Source: Lama guanicoe (lineage: Eukaryota). From it: 64,000 bases of DNA. The notes beneath the pieces are model-generated. The model was not told the DNA's origin. It ran no database searches and worked only from the letters and a program-made list of their open reading frames with translations. The stretch covers positions 3,712,470-3,776,469 of the forward strand of contig MU053933.1 in assembly GCA_013239625.1 (NCBI GenBank), read 5' to 3'. How positions within the stretch are numbered: position 1 is the stretch's first letter; each line of letters begins with the position of its first letter. Both the position numbers and the translations under genes were made by a program. This document shows, in pieces, positions 11,435-25,002 of the stretch.

Positions 11435-13349
11435 TGAACCCAGCACCATACTAAAAGGATGACATGCTACAATCAGGTGAAATTTTTCCCGGAAGTGCAA
11501 GAGTGGTTCAACATGTGAAGATCAATGTAATAGGCCACATCAATGCACTGAGGGAAAAATCCACGTGATCATCTCAATAATGTTTCAAAAGAATTTGAAA
11601 AAATTAGCATCTGTTCCTGAAAAAAAAAAACAACCCAAAACAACAGCACTCAGTAATCTAGGAGTAGAGGAGAACTTCCTCAACAAGAGAGGACATATAT
11701 GAAAAAACCTGAATGCAGCACCGTACTAGCAGGTGAAAGACTGAAAGCTTCCATTCTTCTCAGATCAGGCACAAGACAGGGATGCTTTCTCTCACAACTT
11801 CCATTCAACGCTGCGCTATAATTTTCAGCCATAGCAATTCATCAAGAAAAAGAAATGAATTGTCAGTATTGGAAAGGAAAAGGAAAGCTATGTCTGTTCG
11901 TAGATGACATGATGCTGTATGTGGAAAACCCTAAAGAACCTGCCAAAAAGAAGACATTTCTTGAACTAACACATGAATTTAGCAAAGTTGTAGGATCCAC
12001 GATCAACACACAAAATTCAGTTGTATTTCTATACCCCAGCAATGAACAACCCCCCCAAATTAAGGAACGGAATTTACAATAGTGTTAGAAAGAATGTAAT
12101 GCCTAGGAACGAATTTAACCAAGGAGGTGAAAGAGTTATACACTAAATCTAATAAACACAGTAGTAAGAAATTAAAGAAGGCCCAGATGAGCCAATACAC
12201 ACCCTATGTCCATGGATTGGGAGACTCAGTGTTGTGATGGTGGCAGTGCTCCTTGACGTGACCTACAGCTTCCAGTCTGTTCTTACCCACATCCCAGTGT
12301 CCATTTTGCAGAAATGGAAAATCTGATACTAGAATTTCTATGGAATTTCAAAGGACCTCAAATTGCCAAAGCAATCTTAAAAAGAGCAAAGTTGGAGGAC
12401 GCACATTTCCTGATTTTCAAACTTTCTACAAAGCTGCAATAACTAAATAGTGTAATACAGGCACAAGGCTAGAGACATCAGTGAGTGGAAGAGGAGAGGG
12501 AATCCAGAGATAAACCTGTACATCTGTGATCAGGTGATTTTTGACAAGGATGCCAAGACAATTCAGTGGGGGAAAGAACAGTGTCCACTGCTGGACAACA
12601 GAATACCTGCATGCAAATGAGTGATGCTGGACCTTTATTTCGCATCATATACAAAACTTAACCCCAAATAGATCAAATAACTAAACTGAAGAGCGATAAA
12701 ATTCTTAGAAGAAACAAAGAGCAAATCTTCATGTCCTTGAATTTGGCAATGGTGTCCTAAATATGACATTCAAAGCACAAAACAACAAAAGAAAAAAACA
12801 GATAAATTCGGTTTCACAATATTAAAAATTTATGTACATCAAAAGACACTATAAAGCAAGTGAAGAGACTACTCAGAGTGGGAGAAAGCATTAGCAAATA
12901 ATGTATCTGATAAGGGTCTAGGAGCTGGAATATGTAAAACATTGTTACAGCTCAACAACAACAAGACAAACAACCCAGTTAATACATGGGCACAGACACT
13001 GAACAGAGACTTCTCCAGGAAAGATACTCGTAATGCCAAGAAGAACATGAAAAGATGACCAACCCTATTATTCTTTAGAGAAATGCAAATCAAAGCCACA
13101 AAGGGATGCCACCTCAAGCCCATTAGGATTGTCATAATCCAAAAGAAGGAAAATATGACAAATGCGTGGAGAAGCTGGCACCCTTCAGACATTGTTGGTT
13201 GAAAGGTGAAGTGGTTCTGCCTTCACAGAAGAGAATTCAGTGAGTCTTCCATAAGCAAAACACAGAATTACTACATGATCCAGCAACTGTACAACTAGGC
13301 ATATACTCAAATAAAAGGAAACAGGTGTTCAAACAGAAACTTGTGCACA
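11435..13349 (+). mobile_element. Older L1 (L1MB-like) ORF2 3' part, left half (host of nested young L1)
   Basis: Decayed RT: ORF 11855-12082 ...[18 protein letters not shown]...[24 protein letters not shown] (FADD-type motif). Continues colinearly at 20408. Confidence 0.85.
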
Positions 13350-15007
13350 GAGGAAGAGAGAAGATGGCGGAGTAGAAGGACACTGGTAGCTCACCCTCTC
13401 CCACAAATGCACCAAGACTCACATCCACAGACCCACTCAACCAACCAGAGCACCTGCAGAACTCCGACAGAACATCGTCCTCTTCAAAAGATAGAGACGC
13501 CAAAAATCTGGTAGGAGAAAAGGAAAAAAGAAAGAAGAAAAGGCAAAGCAGAGCGGGACGGGTCCTGCGGGGAGGGAGCGGCAGAGGAGGACTGGCGCTC
13601 ATTCTTTGGATCTCCCCTCTCCAACTGAGAGGCCAACGGGACAGAGGGGGAGCCTCTGAGGCTTGGATCTGTACAGAGCAGCCCTTGACTGACAGAACTA
13701 AGTTAAAATTGGCACAGAGGGTCCCCGCGACACCCAGCCTGAGATCGCGGGCCGGCAGCTGGGGGCAGGGCCAGGCTGCCCAAGCTGGTCGGAGGATGGC
13801 GTCCCCTGCACAGAGGCAGCCCTGGGGGGCTGCAGGGGACTGCATGCCGTGGCTGTGGGTGCACAGGGCAGAACAACCTGGGCCCTCCATAAAACAACAC
13901 GGTTGATGTGCCCTGGGGGGAAGGGTGCATACCCCCATCTCTGAAAACCCATGTAAAGTTTTCTGGGGAAGAGAGGCGGGGCTCAGGCACAGCCGACATA
14001 TCCTCTGGTGCTTAGCACCCAGGTGGGGGTGGGAGCGAAACCTGCATCTACACCTAAGGACTTAGCAGCCTCAAAAGCCAGACGGAGACTTGTCTACAGC
14101 CCGAGGCAGATAGGACCCTTCTGTCCTGGTCCCTCAGAGAACTTGCTCTGCCAAGACAAACAAGGAGCTGGGTTCTGGCCCAGAGCAGGGACAAGGCTGT
14201 TCCTCAGTCTTCCCTGAGCCCGCCTGCGGAGCGCTGACCCGAGGCGGAGCGCACAGCAGCACAGAGCAGCAGACTGACCGGTGCTGGGAGAGGGAGGGTG
14301 GCCCCCTGCCTTTCCGGCAAGAACGCAGACCCTGACCATGGTGCTGGGAGGGGGAGCGACCCACCCTCCTACCTGGCCAATCTGCAACATCTGACTGCGG
14401 CATCGGGAAGGCAGTGACCTGCCCGCCCACAGCAAAGGAGAACTGCACCTGACCCAGTGTTGGGAGGAGGCGCGATCTGCTTGCCGACAGGCACTGGGAG
14501 CAGCACAGATGAGGGCGCCAACGGGGGGCCTCTGGAGACAGCTAGCTGAGTTTCCAAAACAGGAAAAGGACAGAAAGACTTCACATTAAAAGCACACAGT
14601 CTCCAGGAGAACACCGACCCCCTTCCCCCTTTTCTTAAAATGTGTTTTTAACCTGTTCTATTTTCTATTACCCTCTTAATTTTTACTTCTTAATTCATTT
14701 TTATTTCTCTTGGGTTTTGAGGTCCTGTTAATGATTACACACAGCTTTCAAATACATCTTTTCCTCTTTTCCCCCTTTTTAAAGGTTTTAAAAGAATGTC
14801 TCAACCCGATTGCTATTCTGCTTCAACTTACTCTTCTATTATTAATTATACACTCTTTTCAAACCTTTTTTCCTCCCCTCTTTTAAAATTCTTTCTCTCT
14901 CTCTTTTTTTCCCCTAAGTTTTATTCCTACACAGGCATTAGATAGATAAACTCCTTAAGGACCACAATAGATAACTGATACTCCATAGACCACAGTGCCA
15001 GAGAGGT

Positions 15008-15894
15008 ATGAGCAAGATGAAGGAGCAGAGAAACCATTTCCAATTAAAAGAACAAGAGAAATCCCCTGAAAGAACGATCAATGAAATAGACATTGATAGT
15101 CTACTAGAGCAAGATTTCAAAAAAGGAGTGATCAAATTGCTGAAGGAATTAAAAGAGATAGTGTTTAGAGATATAAAATATGTCAAAAATGAAATTGAAG
15201 CTATAAAGAAGAGCCAAGTAGAATGGGTAAACTCATTAGGGTAAACTCATGAGATGAGGAATGATCTAAAGGCTGTGCAAAGCTGACTAGATAATGCAGA
15301 GGAATGAATTAGTGACTTAGAAGACAGGACAATAGAAGCACCCAATCAGAAGAGCTACAAGATAAACAAATAAAAACAAATTAAAATAGCATAAGGGACA
15401 TATGGGATAATATAAAGTGTGCCTATCTTCTCATAATAGGGGTCCCAGTAGGGGAAGAAAGATCAAAGGGGATTGAAAAGGTTTTTGAAGAAATCATGAC
15501 TGAAAACTTCCCAAACTTAAAGAAGGAATCAGATATCCAAGTGCAGGAAACTCAGAGGGTCCCAAACAGACCCACACCAAGACATATCATAATCAAGATG
15601 GCCAGAGTCAAGGACAAATAAATGATCCTAAAAGCAGCAAGAGAAAGTGAGTTACAAGGGAACCCCCATAAGGCTCTCAGCTGATTTCTCTGCACAAACA
15701 CTACAGGCCAGAAGGGAGTGGCAAGATATATTCAAAGTTCTGAATGAAAAAAAGATGCAGCCTAGGATACTTTATCCAGCAAGGCTATCCTTTAGGATAG
15801 AAGGAAACACGAAGATTTCACAGACAAGAAAAAGCTACAAGAGTTTAGCAACACTAAACCCATGCTAAAAGAAATATTGAAAGGTCTACTCTAA
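15008..15894 (+). pseudogene. L1 ORF1p, disrupted
   Basis: MSKMKEQRNHFQLKEQEKSPE... and ...YKGTPIRLSADFSAQTLQARREWQDIFKVL.EKKMQPRILYPARLSF. Broken by a 12-bp duplication gggtaaactcat (15225-15236 / 15239-15250) and by stops. Confidence 0.9.
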
Positions 15895-16297
15895 ATAGAA
15901 AAGCAGCAGGATGCTACAGAAATGAGAAAGTCACAACTGGAAAGGTGATAACTCATAAATTACAAATAAAATAAACACAAAATCATAAAAGAAGACATAC
16001 AAATCATTGAGAATGGGAGAGGGAGGCAGGAAAATATAGAATTTTTTTTCTTTCTTTAAAAAATTTTTTCTTGGTAGGATGGGTTTGAGATCATGTTGCT
16101 ATCAGTTTAATAAAAACAGTTATAGTAATGGGCTAATAGACTTTAAAAAAAAGGGAAACCACAAGCCAAAAACTTACAAGGGAGTCACTAAAACTAAATA
16201 AAATTCATGGTAATACAAAGGAAAATTACCAAACCACAAAAGGAAGAAGAAAGGAACAAAGAGGATATACCAATTCAACTGCAAAGATAAGTTCAAA

Positions 16298-19200
16298 ATG
16301 GCAATAAACACACATCTATCATTAATTACTGTAAATGTTAATGGACTAAATGCTCCAGTCAAAAGACATAGAGTGGCAGACTGGATAATAAAGCAAGAAC
16401 CTTCAATATGCTGCATACAAGAGACCCACTTTAGGGAGAAGGACACATATAGATTGAGAGTGAAAGGATGGAAAAGGATATTCCATGCAAATGGAAAAGC
16501 CAAAAAAGCAGGTGTTGCAGTACTGATTTCAGACAAAATAGACTTTAAAACCAAGGCCATAAAGAAAGATAAAGAAGGACACTTTATAGTCATTAAAGGA
16601 ATGATACAAGATGAGGATATTACACACGTTAATATATATGTACCCAATATAGGAGCACCTAAGTACATAATACAATTACTAACAGAGATAAAGGGGGATA
16701 TTGATGGGAATACAATCATAGTTGGAGATTTTAACACTGCATTAACATCACTAGACAGATCTTCCAGACAGAAAATAAATAAGGCAACAGAGAAATTAAA
16801 TACTACAATAAATAGAAAAATCAGATTTGGTGGATATTTTCAGAGCATTACACCCCCGCAAAATAGGATATACATTCTTTTCAAGTGCACATGGAACATT
16901 TTCCAGGATTGATCATGTACTTGGGTACAAAAGAAACCTCAACAATTTTAAGGAGATAGAAATTATCTCAAGCATTTTACTGACCACAATGCCATGAAAC
17001 TAGAAATCAACAACAGAGAAACAAAGGAGAAAAAAAGGAAAGCATGGAGATTAAGCAATATGTTATTAAAAAAAATGGGTCAATGAGGAGAAAACAAATG
17101 AGAAATTAAAAAATATTGAGACAAAAGACAATGAAAGCACAACCACACAAAATTTACTGGACACAGCAAAGGCAGTGCTAAGAGGGAAGTTTATAGTGAT
17201 ACAGGCCTTCCTCAAAAAAGAAGAACAATCTCAAATAAACGATGTAACCCACCAGCTGAATGAATTAGAAAAAGAAGAAGAACAACAACAACAAAAAACC
17301 CAAAAGGCAGCAGAAGGAAGGAAATTATAAAGATTAGGGAGGAAATAAATAAAATAGCAATTAACAAGACCATAGAAAAAAATCAACCACAAAACCAAAA
17401 GCTGTTTTTTGGAAAAAGTAAATAAAATTGACAAACCTCTGGCCAAACTCACAAAGAAGAAAAAGAGAGAGCACAAATTAGCAAAATAAGAAAGGAAAAT
17501 GGAGAAATTACAATAAATAAAATAGAAAAGCAGAATATCATATGAGAATATTATGAAAAACTATATGGAACCAAACTGGATAACCTAGAGGAGATGGACA
17601 AGTTTCTGGAAACAAACTGTCCACCAAGACTGAATCAAGAAGAAACTGACCACTTGAACAAACCAATCACTAGAAATGAAATAGAAATAGCAATAAAAAA
17701 ACCTCCCTACAAATAAAAGTCCAGGCTTCACAGGGGAATTCTACCAAACATACAAAGAAGAACTCATACCATTCCTTCTCAAACTCTTCCAGAAGATTGA
17801 AAAGGAGGGAATACTCCCAAACTCATTCTATGGAGCCACCATCACCCTGATACAAAAACCAGGCAAAGACACTACCAAAAAAGAGAATTATAGGCCAATA
17901 TCTCTGATGAACATAGACGCCAAAATCCTCACCAAATAGTAGCAAATAGAATCCAACAACACATAAAAAAGATTATACATCATGACCAAGTGGGGTTCAT
18001 CCCAGGGACACAAGGTTGGTTCAACATACGCGAATCAATCAATGTAATACATCACACCAACAAGAGAAAGGACAAAAAAACCACATGATCATCTCAATAG
18101 ATGCAGAAAAAACATTTGATAAAATTCAACACCCATTTATGATAAAAACTCTCGCCAAAGTGGGTATAGAGGGAACATATCTCAACATAATAAAAGCTAT
18201 CTATGACAAACCTACAGCCAGCATAGTACTCAATGGTGAAAAACTCAAAAGCTTCCCACTAAAATCTGGGACAAGACAAGGATACTCCACTATCACCACT
18301 CCTATTCAACATAGTCCTGGAAGTCCTAGCCACAGCAATCAGGTAAGAGAGAGAAATAAAAGGGATCCAAATTGGAAAAGAAGAGTTAAAAGTGTCACTA
18401 TATGCCGAATATATAGAAAACCCTAAAAGGTCCACACAAAAACTACTAGAGCTGATTGAAGAATTCAGCAAGGTAGCAGGTTACAAGATTAACGTTCAAA
18501 AACCAGCTGCATTTCTTTACACTAACAATTAATCAATAGGAAAATAAAGTAAAGAAACAATCCCCTTTAAAATAACACCCAAACTAATAAAATACCTAGG
18601 AATAAATCTAACCAAAGAGGTGAAAAATTATACACAGAAAACTATAAACCATTGATGAAGGAAATTAAAGAAGACTTTAAAAAATGGAAAGATATCCCAT
18701 GGTCCTGGATTGGAAGAATCAATATTGTTAAAATGGTCACACTGCCCAAGGCAATCTACAGATTTAATGCAATCCCTATCCAATTACCCAGGACATGTTT
18801 CACAGAACTAGAACAAATCATAATAAAATTTATATGGAACCATCAAAGACCTAGAATTGCCAAAGCATTACTGAAGAGAAAGAAAGAGGCTGGAGGAATA
18901 ACTCTCCCAGACTTCAGACAATACTATAGAGCTACAGTCATCAAGACAGCATGGTATTGGTACAAAAACAGACATATAGACCAATGGAACAGAATAGAGA
19001 GCCCAGAAATGAATCCACAAACTTTTGGCTGACTAATCTTCAACAAAGGAGGCAAGAATATACAATGGAATAAAGACAGCCTTTTCAGCAAATGGTGTTG
19101 GGAAAACTGGACAGCAACATGTAAAGCAATGAAGCTAGAACACTCCCTTACACCATACACAAAAATAAACTCAAAATGGATCAAAGACTTAAACATAAGA

Positions 19201-20089
19201 CAAGATACAATAAACCTCCTAGAGGAAAATATAGGCAAAACATTATCTGACATACATCTCAAAAATTTTCTCCTAGAAGAAATAAAAGCAAGAATAAACA
19301 AATGGGACCTAATGAAACTTACAAGCTTCTGCACAGCAAAGGAAACCGTAAGTAAAACAAAAAGACAGCCTATGGAATGGGAAAAAGTTTTTGCAAATGA
19401 AACTGACAAAGGCTTGATCTCCAGAATATACAAGCATCTCATATGACTTAATAGAAAAAAACAAACAACCCAATCCAAAAATGGGCAGAAGACCTAAACA
19501 AGCAATTCTCCAAGGAAGTCATACAAATGATCAATAGACACATAAAAAAATGCTCAGTATCACTAATTATCAGAGAAATGCAAATCAAAACTACAATGAG
19601 GTATCACCTCACACCAGTCAGAATGGCCATGATTCAAAGTCCACAAATGACAAATTCTGAAGAGGCTGTGGAGGAAAGGGAACCCTCCTTCACTGCTGGT
19701 GGGAATGCAGTTTGGTGCAGCCACTGTGGAAAACAGTGTGGAGATTCCTCAAAAGACTAGGAGTAGACTTACTGTATGACCCAGGAATCCCACTCCTGGA
19801 CCTATATCCAGAAGGAACCCTACTTCAGGATGACACCTGCACCCCAATGTTCATAGCAGTGTTATTTACAATAGCCAAGACATGGAAACAGCCTAAATGT
19901 CCATCAACAGATGACTGTATAAAGAAGAGGTGGTATATTTATACAATGGAATACTACTCAGCCATAAAAACCAACAACATAATGCCATTTGCAGCAACAT
20001 GGATGCTCTTGGAGAATGTCATTCTAAGTGAAGTAAGCCAGAAAGAGAAAGAAAAATACCATATGAGATCACTCATATATGGAATCTAA
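16298..20089 (+). pseudogene. L1 ORF2p (endonuclease/RT/cysteine-rich), multiple frameshifts
   Basis: EN: ITVNVNGLNAPVKRHRVADWI...CCIQETH...[34 protein letters not shown]...SGTRQG. C-terminal: [13 protein letters not shown]. Split across several ORFs. Confidence 0.92.
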
Positions 20090-20407
20090 AAACAAACAAA
20101 CAAACAAAAACAAAGCATAAGTACAAAACAGAAATAGACTCATAGACATAGAATACAAACTTGTGGTTGCCAAGGGGGTGGGGGGTGGGGAGGGATAGAC
20201 TGGGTTTTCAAAATTGTAGAATAGATAAACAAGATTATACTGTATAGCACAGGGAAATATATACAAGATCTTATGGTAGCTCACAGAGAAAGGAATGTGA
20301 CAATGAATATATATATGTTCATGTATAATTGAAAAATTGTGCTCTACACTGGAATTTGACACAACATTGTAAAATGATTATAAATCAATAAAAAATGTTA
20401 AAAAAAA

Positions 20408-20912
20408 AAACTTGTGCACAAATGTTCATAGCATATCTTGTTGCAATAGCCAAAAGGTGTAAATAGCCTAACTACCCATCAATGGAAGAGTGAGTAAGCA
20501 AAATATAGTATGTTCATATGATGGAATATTATTCAACTATAGAAAGAAATGAAGTACTGATACATGCTGCAACAGACATGAACCTTGTAAACCTTCTGCT
20601 GAGTCAGAGAAGCCAGACACAAAAGGCCCCTATTGTATGAACCCTTTGATATGAGATATCCCCAGCAGGCAAGTCCACAGTGGCAGAGAGCAGGTTAGCA
20701 GCTGCCAGAGGCTGTGGGGAAGAGGAAATGGGGGTGACTGCTTAATGGGCATGAGGTCTTTGTTTGGAGTGACGTTCTGGAATAAGTGGTCTGGTGATGG
20801 TCACCTAACACTGTGAATGTACGTACTGCCACTGAACAGTAGACTCTAAAGAGGTCAAAAAGCTGAATTTTGTGTCACATGTATTTTACCACATTAAAAA
20901 AAAGTTAAGAAA
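20408..20912 (+). mobile_element. Older L1MB-like 3' end, right half of host element
   Basis: aaacttgtgcacaaatgttcatagca...gaaatgaagtactgatacatgctgcaac...gtgactgcttaatgggcatgaggtc...tattttaccacattaaaaaaa. Confidence 0.85.
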
Positions 20913-21199
20913 AAATTAGCTCAAAGTAGACACCAACTATCATTCTTGAGATTGTTTCAACACTTATAATGCAAGTCCCAGAGAACAGAATTATATACTT
21001 GATGGGATAAAGGAAGGTAACTGCTATCCTAGAAACTGAATACAAATGAAAGTAACAGGGTGTAAAGGTGTAACAAAGATATTTTCAAACACTCATGTAC
21101 ATACATGCAAACGCACACATACCTGCCCAAACTACCCCAGTAATTACAAAGAATTCTTTTCAGTTGGAAGAACAAATGACTGCTGAGGGATTATGTCCT

Positions 21200-22760
21200 A
21201 AATTGAGTTCTTAAGAAGCAAATCCTGCAATGAAGCTGTCAGAAAGGTTTCCACCAATAAACTGTAGAACCAGAAAACATCATGGTGAATTCTATCAAAT
21301 TATAACAATACAAGTAATTCCACAACTCACTTTATTGCACTAGTATAACACTGAAATAAAACCCCAACAAGGATAGTACATAAAAATGAAAAGACATAGC
21401 AATATTATCCAAGAAGATGTAATGTTGAACAAAATCAGTTAGTTAACCCAACAATATATATAAATGGTAGTTTCCAAATATTAGTTAGCTTTGTCTCAAG
21501 AAAACTGATTTAACTTAAAAGAAACTACTCAATGAAATAACTATATTCACAGGTTAAAATAAAGTATGACCATCTCAGTACTTACATCAAAATTTATTGA
21601 TAAAATTCAAAATGCATTCAAAATTAAAACAACTTGTAGAAAAGTAAGTATAAAATAGAATATGCTTAACCTAGTAAAAGTAATTATAACCCATGGCCCC
21701 TAATCACCCTGTATAATGGTTAAACCTGTGAACTCACTCTTGTGAGTGGGAGGAGAACAGGATAACTCTTTTCATCATCTTTGTACCAGAAGAGATGATC
21801 CACAAAACAGGGCAAGAAAATGACTAGCATAAGTTTTGGAGAGTATGAAACACAATTTCCCCATTAGATGTTATTAATTTTTGTATATAAGCACCAAAGA
21901 ATCTTGGGTTAAAAAAAACAGGAACAAGAGGGCTTTAGAAGGTAAGTAGATAAACATGTCAGTATACAATAATCACTTGTGTTTTTGTATGTCAGAAACA
22001 AACTCTGTTTCTATAAGATAAAGTTTAAGGTTGTGATTCTCTCTAAATAGCATAAAAATATCAAGTAACTAAATAAAAAGACAAAAGACATGAGAGCAGT
22101 AAGAGGAAAAGTGTGTAACTTTGTTAGGAAATACTAAAACCCTAAATAAATGTAATGACACACGCTGTGTGTCAAAGACTCAAAGATGTAACATGTTAAT
22201 GATGATGCCAATTCTAAAAAATTATATGTGGGTATTACAGCCTCCAAATATAATTCTGAAAATGACTTTCCCAATTTTAACATATCTACAATGTGCACAA
22301 TGTCAAAAATAGTCAAAGCAAATTTAAAAGAAGAAAACTGTGTAGGTAATTGTTTCAGGAGGTATCAAGGGAAAGCATTATAAAGCTAAATCATGAAGGA
22401 ACAATGGTTTTGGTCCATGAGGCACCTCTGGAGCACAGTAGAACTCCTAGTAAGCAACCTATGCATTTTCCTTGTCCTGAGGTGTGACGAGAGAAGTAAA
22501 GAAGAGAAGTGGGAAAACAAGTCTTTACCCAGATGGTGTCAGGTCTTTTCTAAAAGGGGCCTTAGGTATTTCCAATAGAATGCCATACAAAACATCATTT
22601 TGTATTCACTGATACCTAATTATAAACACAAATCTATTAAATATTTTGGAATTCATATAGAGAATATCTTCAAGACTTTAGGCCAGATACATTTTCCTCA
22701 AATTTTTTAAATAACAAAGAAAAATATTGAAAGATTTGTCCACATTAAAATTAAGAATAT
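21200..22760 (+). mobile_element. Highly decayed ancient L1 ORF2, sense
   Basis: A-rich, with recognisable remnants such as ggtgaattctatcaaa, ttgataaaattcaaaatgcattca and aaatagtcaaagcaaatttaaaagaagaaaac. Confidence 0.6.
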
Positions 22761-24264
22761 GAAGTGAGTGTAATAACATGCCCTGTGGAAGAGGAAGCTA
22801 TTTGCCACAAACATAACTGCAGATTCTGTTGTGCAGCTGTATCAGGGGAATGCCATGCATATTTGGGCTGAAAGGTAGTAGAACTGAGTATAAACCAAAG
22901 GCAGCAAGAAAAACAAAAAGACAACAAACACTCCTCTGAAAATGGAGGATGATAGAAAAGATCATAGAAACGGTAGAAATACTGCAATTAGTGGCAGAGG
23001 GAGAAAAAAGGTGATAAACATGGCAGAAGTAGCCAAATGGAAGAATGAAGAAAATGCAACACTAATCGGTAGGAAAAAAATCATTGGATATATACTTACA
23101 AGAAACAAGAAACAGTAGAGCCCTAGAAACAAGTGTGTGAAAGTTGAAGAGAAAATGCCACCAGGAAAAGAAGGGTATTACGAGGTACTCTTGAAGTATG
23201 AAGGACCAAGAAGAAATGATAACAGGAAAAGGGCAGAAAGGTCATGTAATCAACACATGATGTATTTTGATCTATGATCAAGTGTATGTTGTTATCGTAA
23301 TTACATGGAAGAGGTTTTTTTTGGGAAAATGAACAAAAACTAAAGAAGAGAAATGGAAATGCCCAGGAAAGCCAAGGAAGAAATTTAGAAAGAAAAAAGA
23401 AGAATTTAATAATGGGGAATTAATCAGTAGACCAAGAAAAAAAGAGAAACAGATGAATTTTTTTTAAAGCTCATAGAGTAAAACCACAATGTAATCATGC
23501 CACAAAAAATCAATACAAAGAAGAAACTGAAATAGAGAGGGGAATGTAAGTGGTGTGAGAATGACTTTAGATTTAGAAAGAAGAGAATAGAATGTTCAGA
23601 AGAAATTCCAGAAAGGGCTTAATATCTCCTCTGCAGCCCTGAGACCCCAGTCACACCAGTGTCCTTACCAAAGCCAGTCTGGGTAGCCCCGGGTAGGCAG
23701 GTGACTCACAGGCGGTGCTGAAAAGCGATGATATGCTGCCAGAGTTATGGGGAAGGAGCTATGTGACTTCATCTCCCATGGGGCACTAACCAGCTTGTTA
23801 TCCAAAGTGGAAATGTCCTGTGCACAGGGACCCAGTCTGGCAGGTTCACAGGAGTCTAAGTCACCCTCTCTGGTGCCTTGTGTCTCCTGTTACTTATTAG
23901 GCTGATTATTTTCAAGTGCCCAATTACCTTCTGAGGTAATAATAGATTGTTCCTGAGTTAAAGCTCAGTAATTATCCTTTGGGGTTCCAGAACAATGACA
24001 GGAAGGTAACCAGAAGTTTAATTCTCTCAGCTGGCAGATGTTGTGCCGGTATTCAGTGTTACGCTGGCCACTGTGCTGCATCTGTGAGGCTGGAGTGGTG
24101 GCTATTCAGAGCTGAATTTCAGATTTCTGAAATTTCCATTCAAACAAGCGTATAGCTTTATCTTGTTCAACTACCAGACCATAATTTTTATTTGAATTTG
24201 CATGCATACTCAGTGATATAACTTGTGCAACTTTGAACACATGAAAAATTTACATTTTAAAACT

Positions 24265-24908
24265 TAAACCTTTTATTTTGAAAAAATAGTAGATTCACAG
24301 AAATTGTAAAAGATGTACAGAGAAATCCCATTAGCCCTTCATCTGGTTTCCCCAATGGCTGCATCTTTCACAATTATAGTACAATGTAAAAACGTTTGAC
24401 ATGGATGTAATGTGTAGTCATGTCACCCGTGTAGCTTCATGTAACCACTGACTCCATCAAGACACGACATTGTTTCATCTACAAAGGTCTCCCTCATGCT
24501 ACCTCTATACTCACACCCAGATCACCACCACAAATCTGTTTTCCATCAGTATAATTTTGTTTCTGCAAAACATTATCTAAATACAATAATATAATTTTAT
24601 AGCATATAATCTTTTGGGATTTCTTTTCATCACTTAGCATTCTTCTCTGGGTCCATTCAAGTTGTTGCTTGTCTCAAGAGCTCAATCCCTTTTATTGTTG
24701 AGCAAGACTCCCATTGTGGAGGTACCAATTTACACGTACCTGCTGAGGGACATTTGAGCTGTCTTGCAGTTTGGGCTCTTACAAGTAAACAGTAGTTTTG
24801 GCTATTACTATGAACAACTGTGTACAGGTTTTTATGTAAATGTTAGTTTTCATTTCTCTAAGATAAATGCCCAGGAGTACAACTGATGGATTGTATGCTA
24901 AGTGCATA
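24265..24908 (-). mobile_element. L1MC/L1MB-type 3' end, antisense
   Basis: ttttattttgaaaaaatagtagattcacagaaattgtaaaagatgtacagaga...ctaagataaatgcccaggagtacaactgatggattgtatg. Confidence 0.7.
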
Positions 24909-25002
24909 TTTTACACCCGATATCACCCATCTCAGGCCAGCCTAATCCTAAAGGATAGCATTATATTTGGAGCCCCTCTGAGAATATGAGTGTCAGGGTG
25001 TT
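24909..25002 (-). pseudogene. ~94-bp frameshifted fragment of a V1R paralogue (TM2-ECL1-TM3 start)
   Basis: ttttacacccgatatcacccatctcaggccagcctaatcctaaaggatagcattatatttggagcccctctgagaatatgagtgtcagggtgtt aligns to 7924-8011 of the V1R (RGAPNIMLSF vs RGVPNIMLSF), with 4-bp and 2-bp insertions. Confidence 0.85.

Larger units (their letters stand above)
13350..20407 (+). mobile_element. Full-length lineage-specific LINE-1 (~7.06 kb), retrotransposition-defective
   Basis: Starts gaggaagagagaagatggcggagtag (YY1-like AAGATGGCG). GC-rich 5'UTR, ORF1 from 15008, ORF2 from 16298, G-rich 3'UTR, AATAAA and A-tail. 13-bp TSD aaacttgtgcaca at 13337-13349 and 20408-20420. Confidence 0.95.

Noticed and set aside
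16174..19478. Antisense ORFs of 187 and 184 aa
   Set aside because: Typical reverse-strand shadows of L1 ORF2.
13350..20407. Active autonomous L1
   Set aside because: Both ORFs carry stops and frameshifts, including a non-homopolymer duplication in ORF1.
22780..23620. Purine-rich stretch resembling a coiled-coil coding exon
   Set aside because: No sustained ORF or recognisable protein. More likely very old L1/HAL1-derived or low-complexity sequence.
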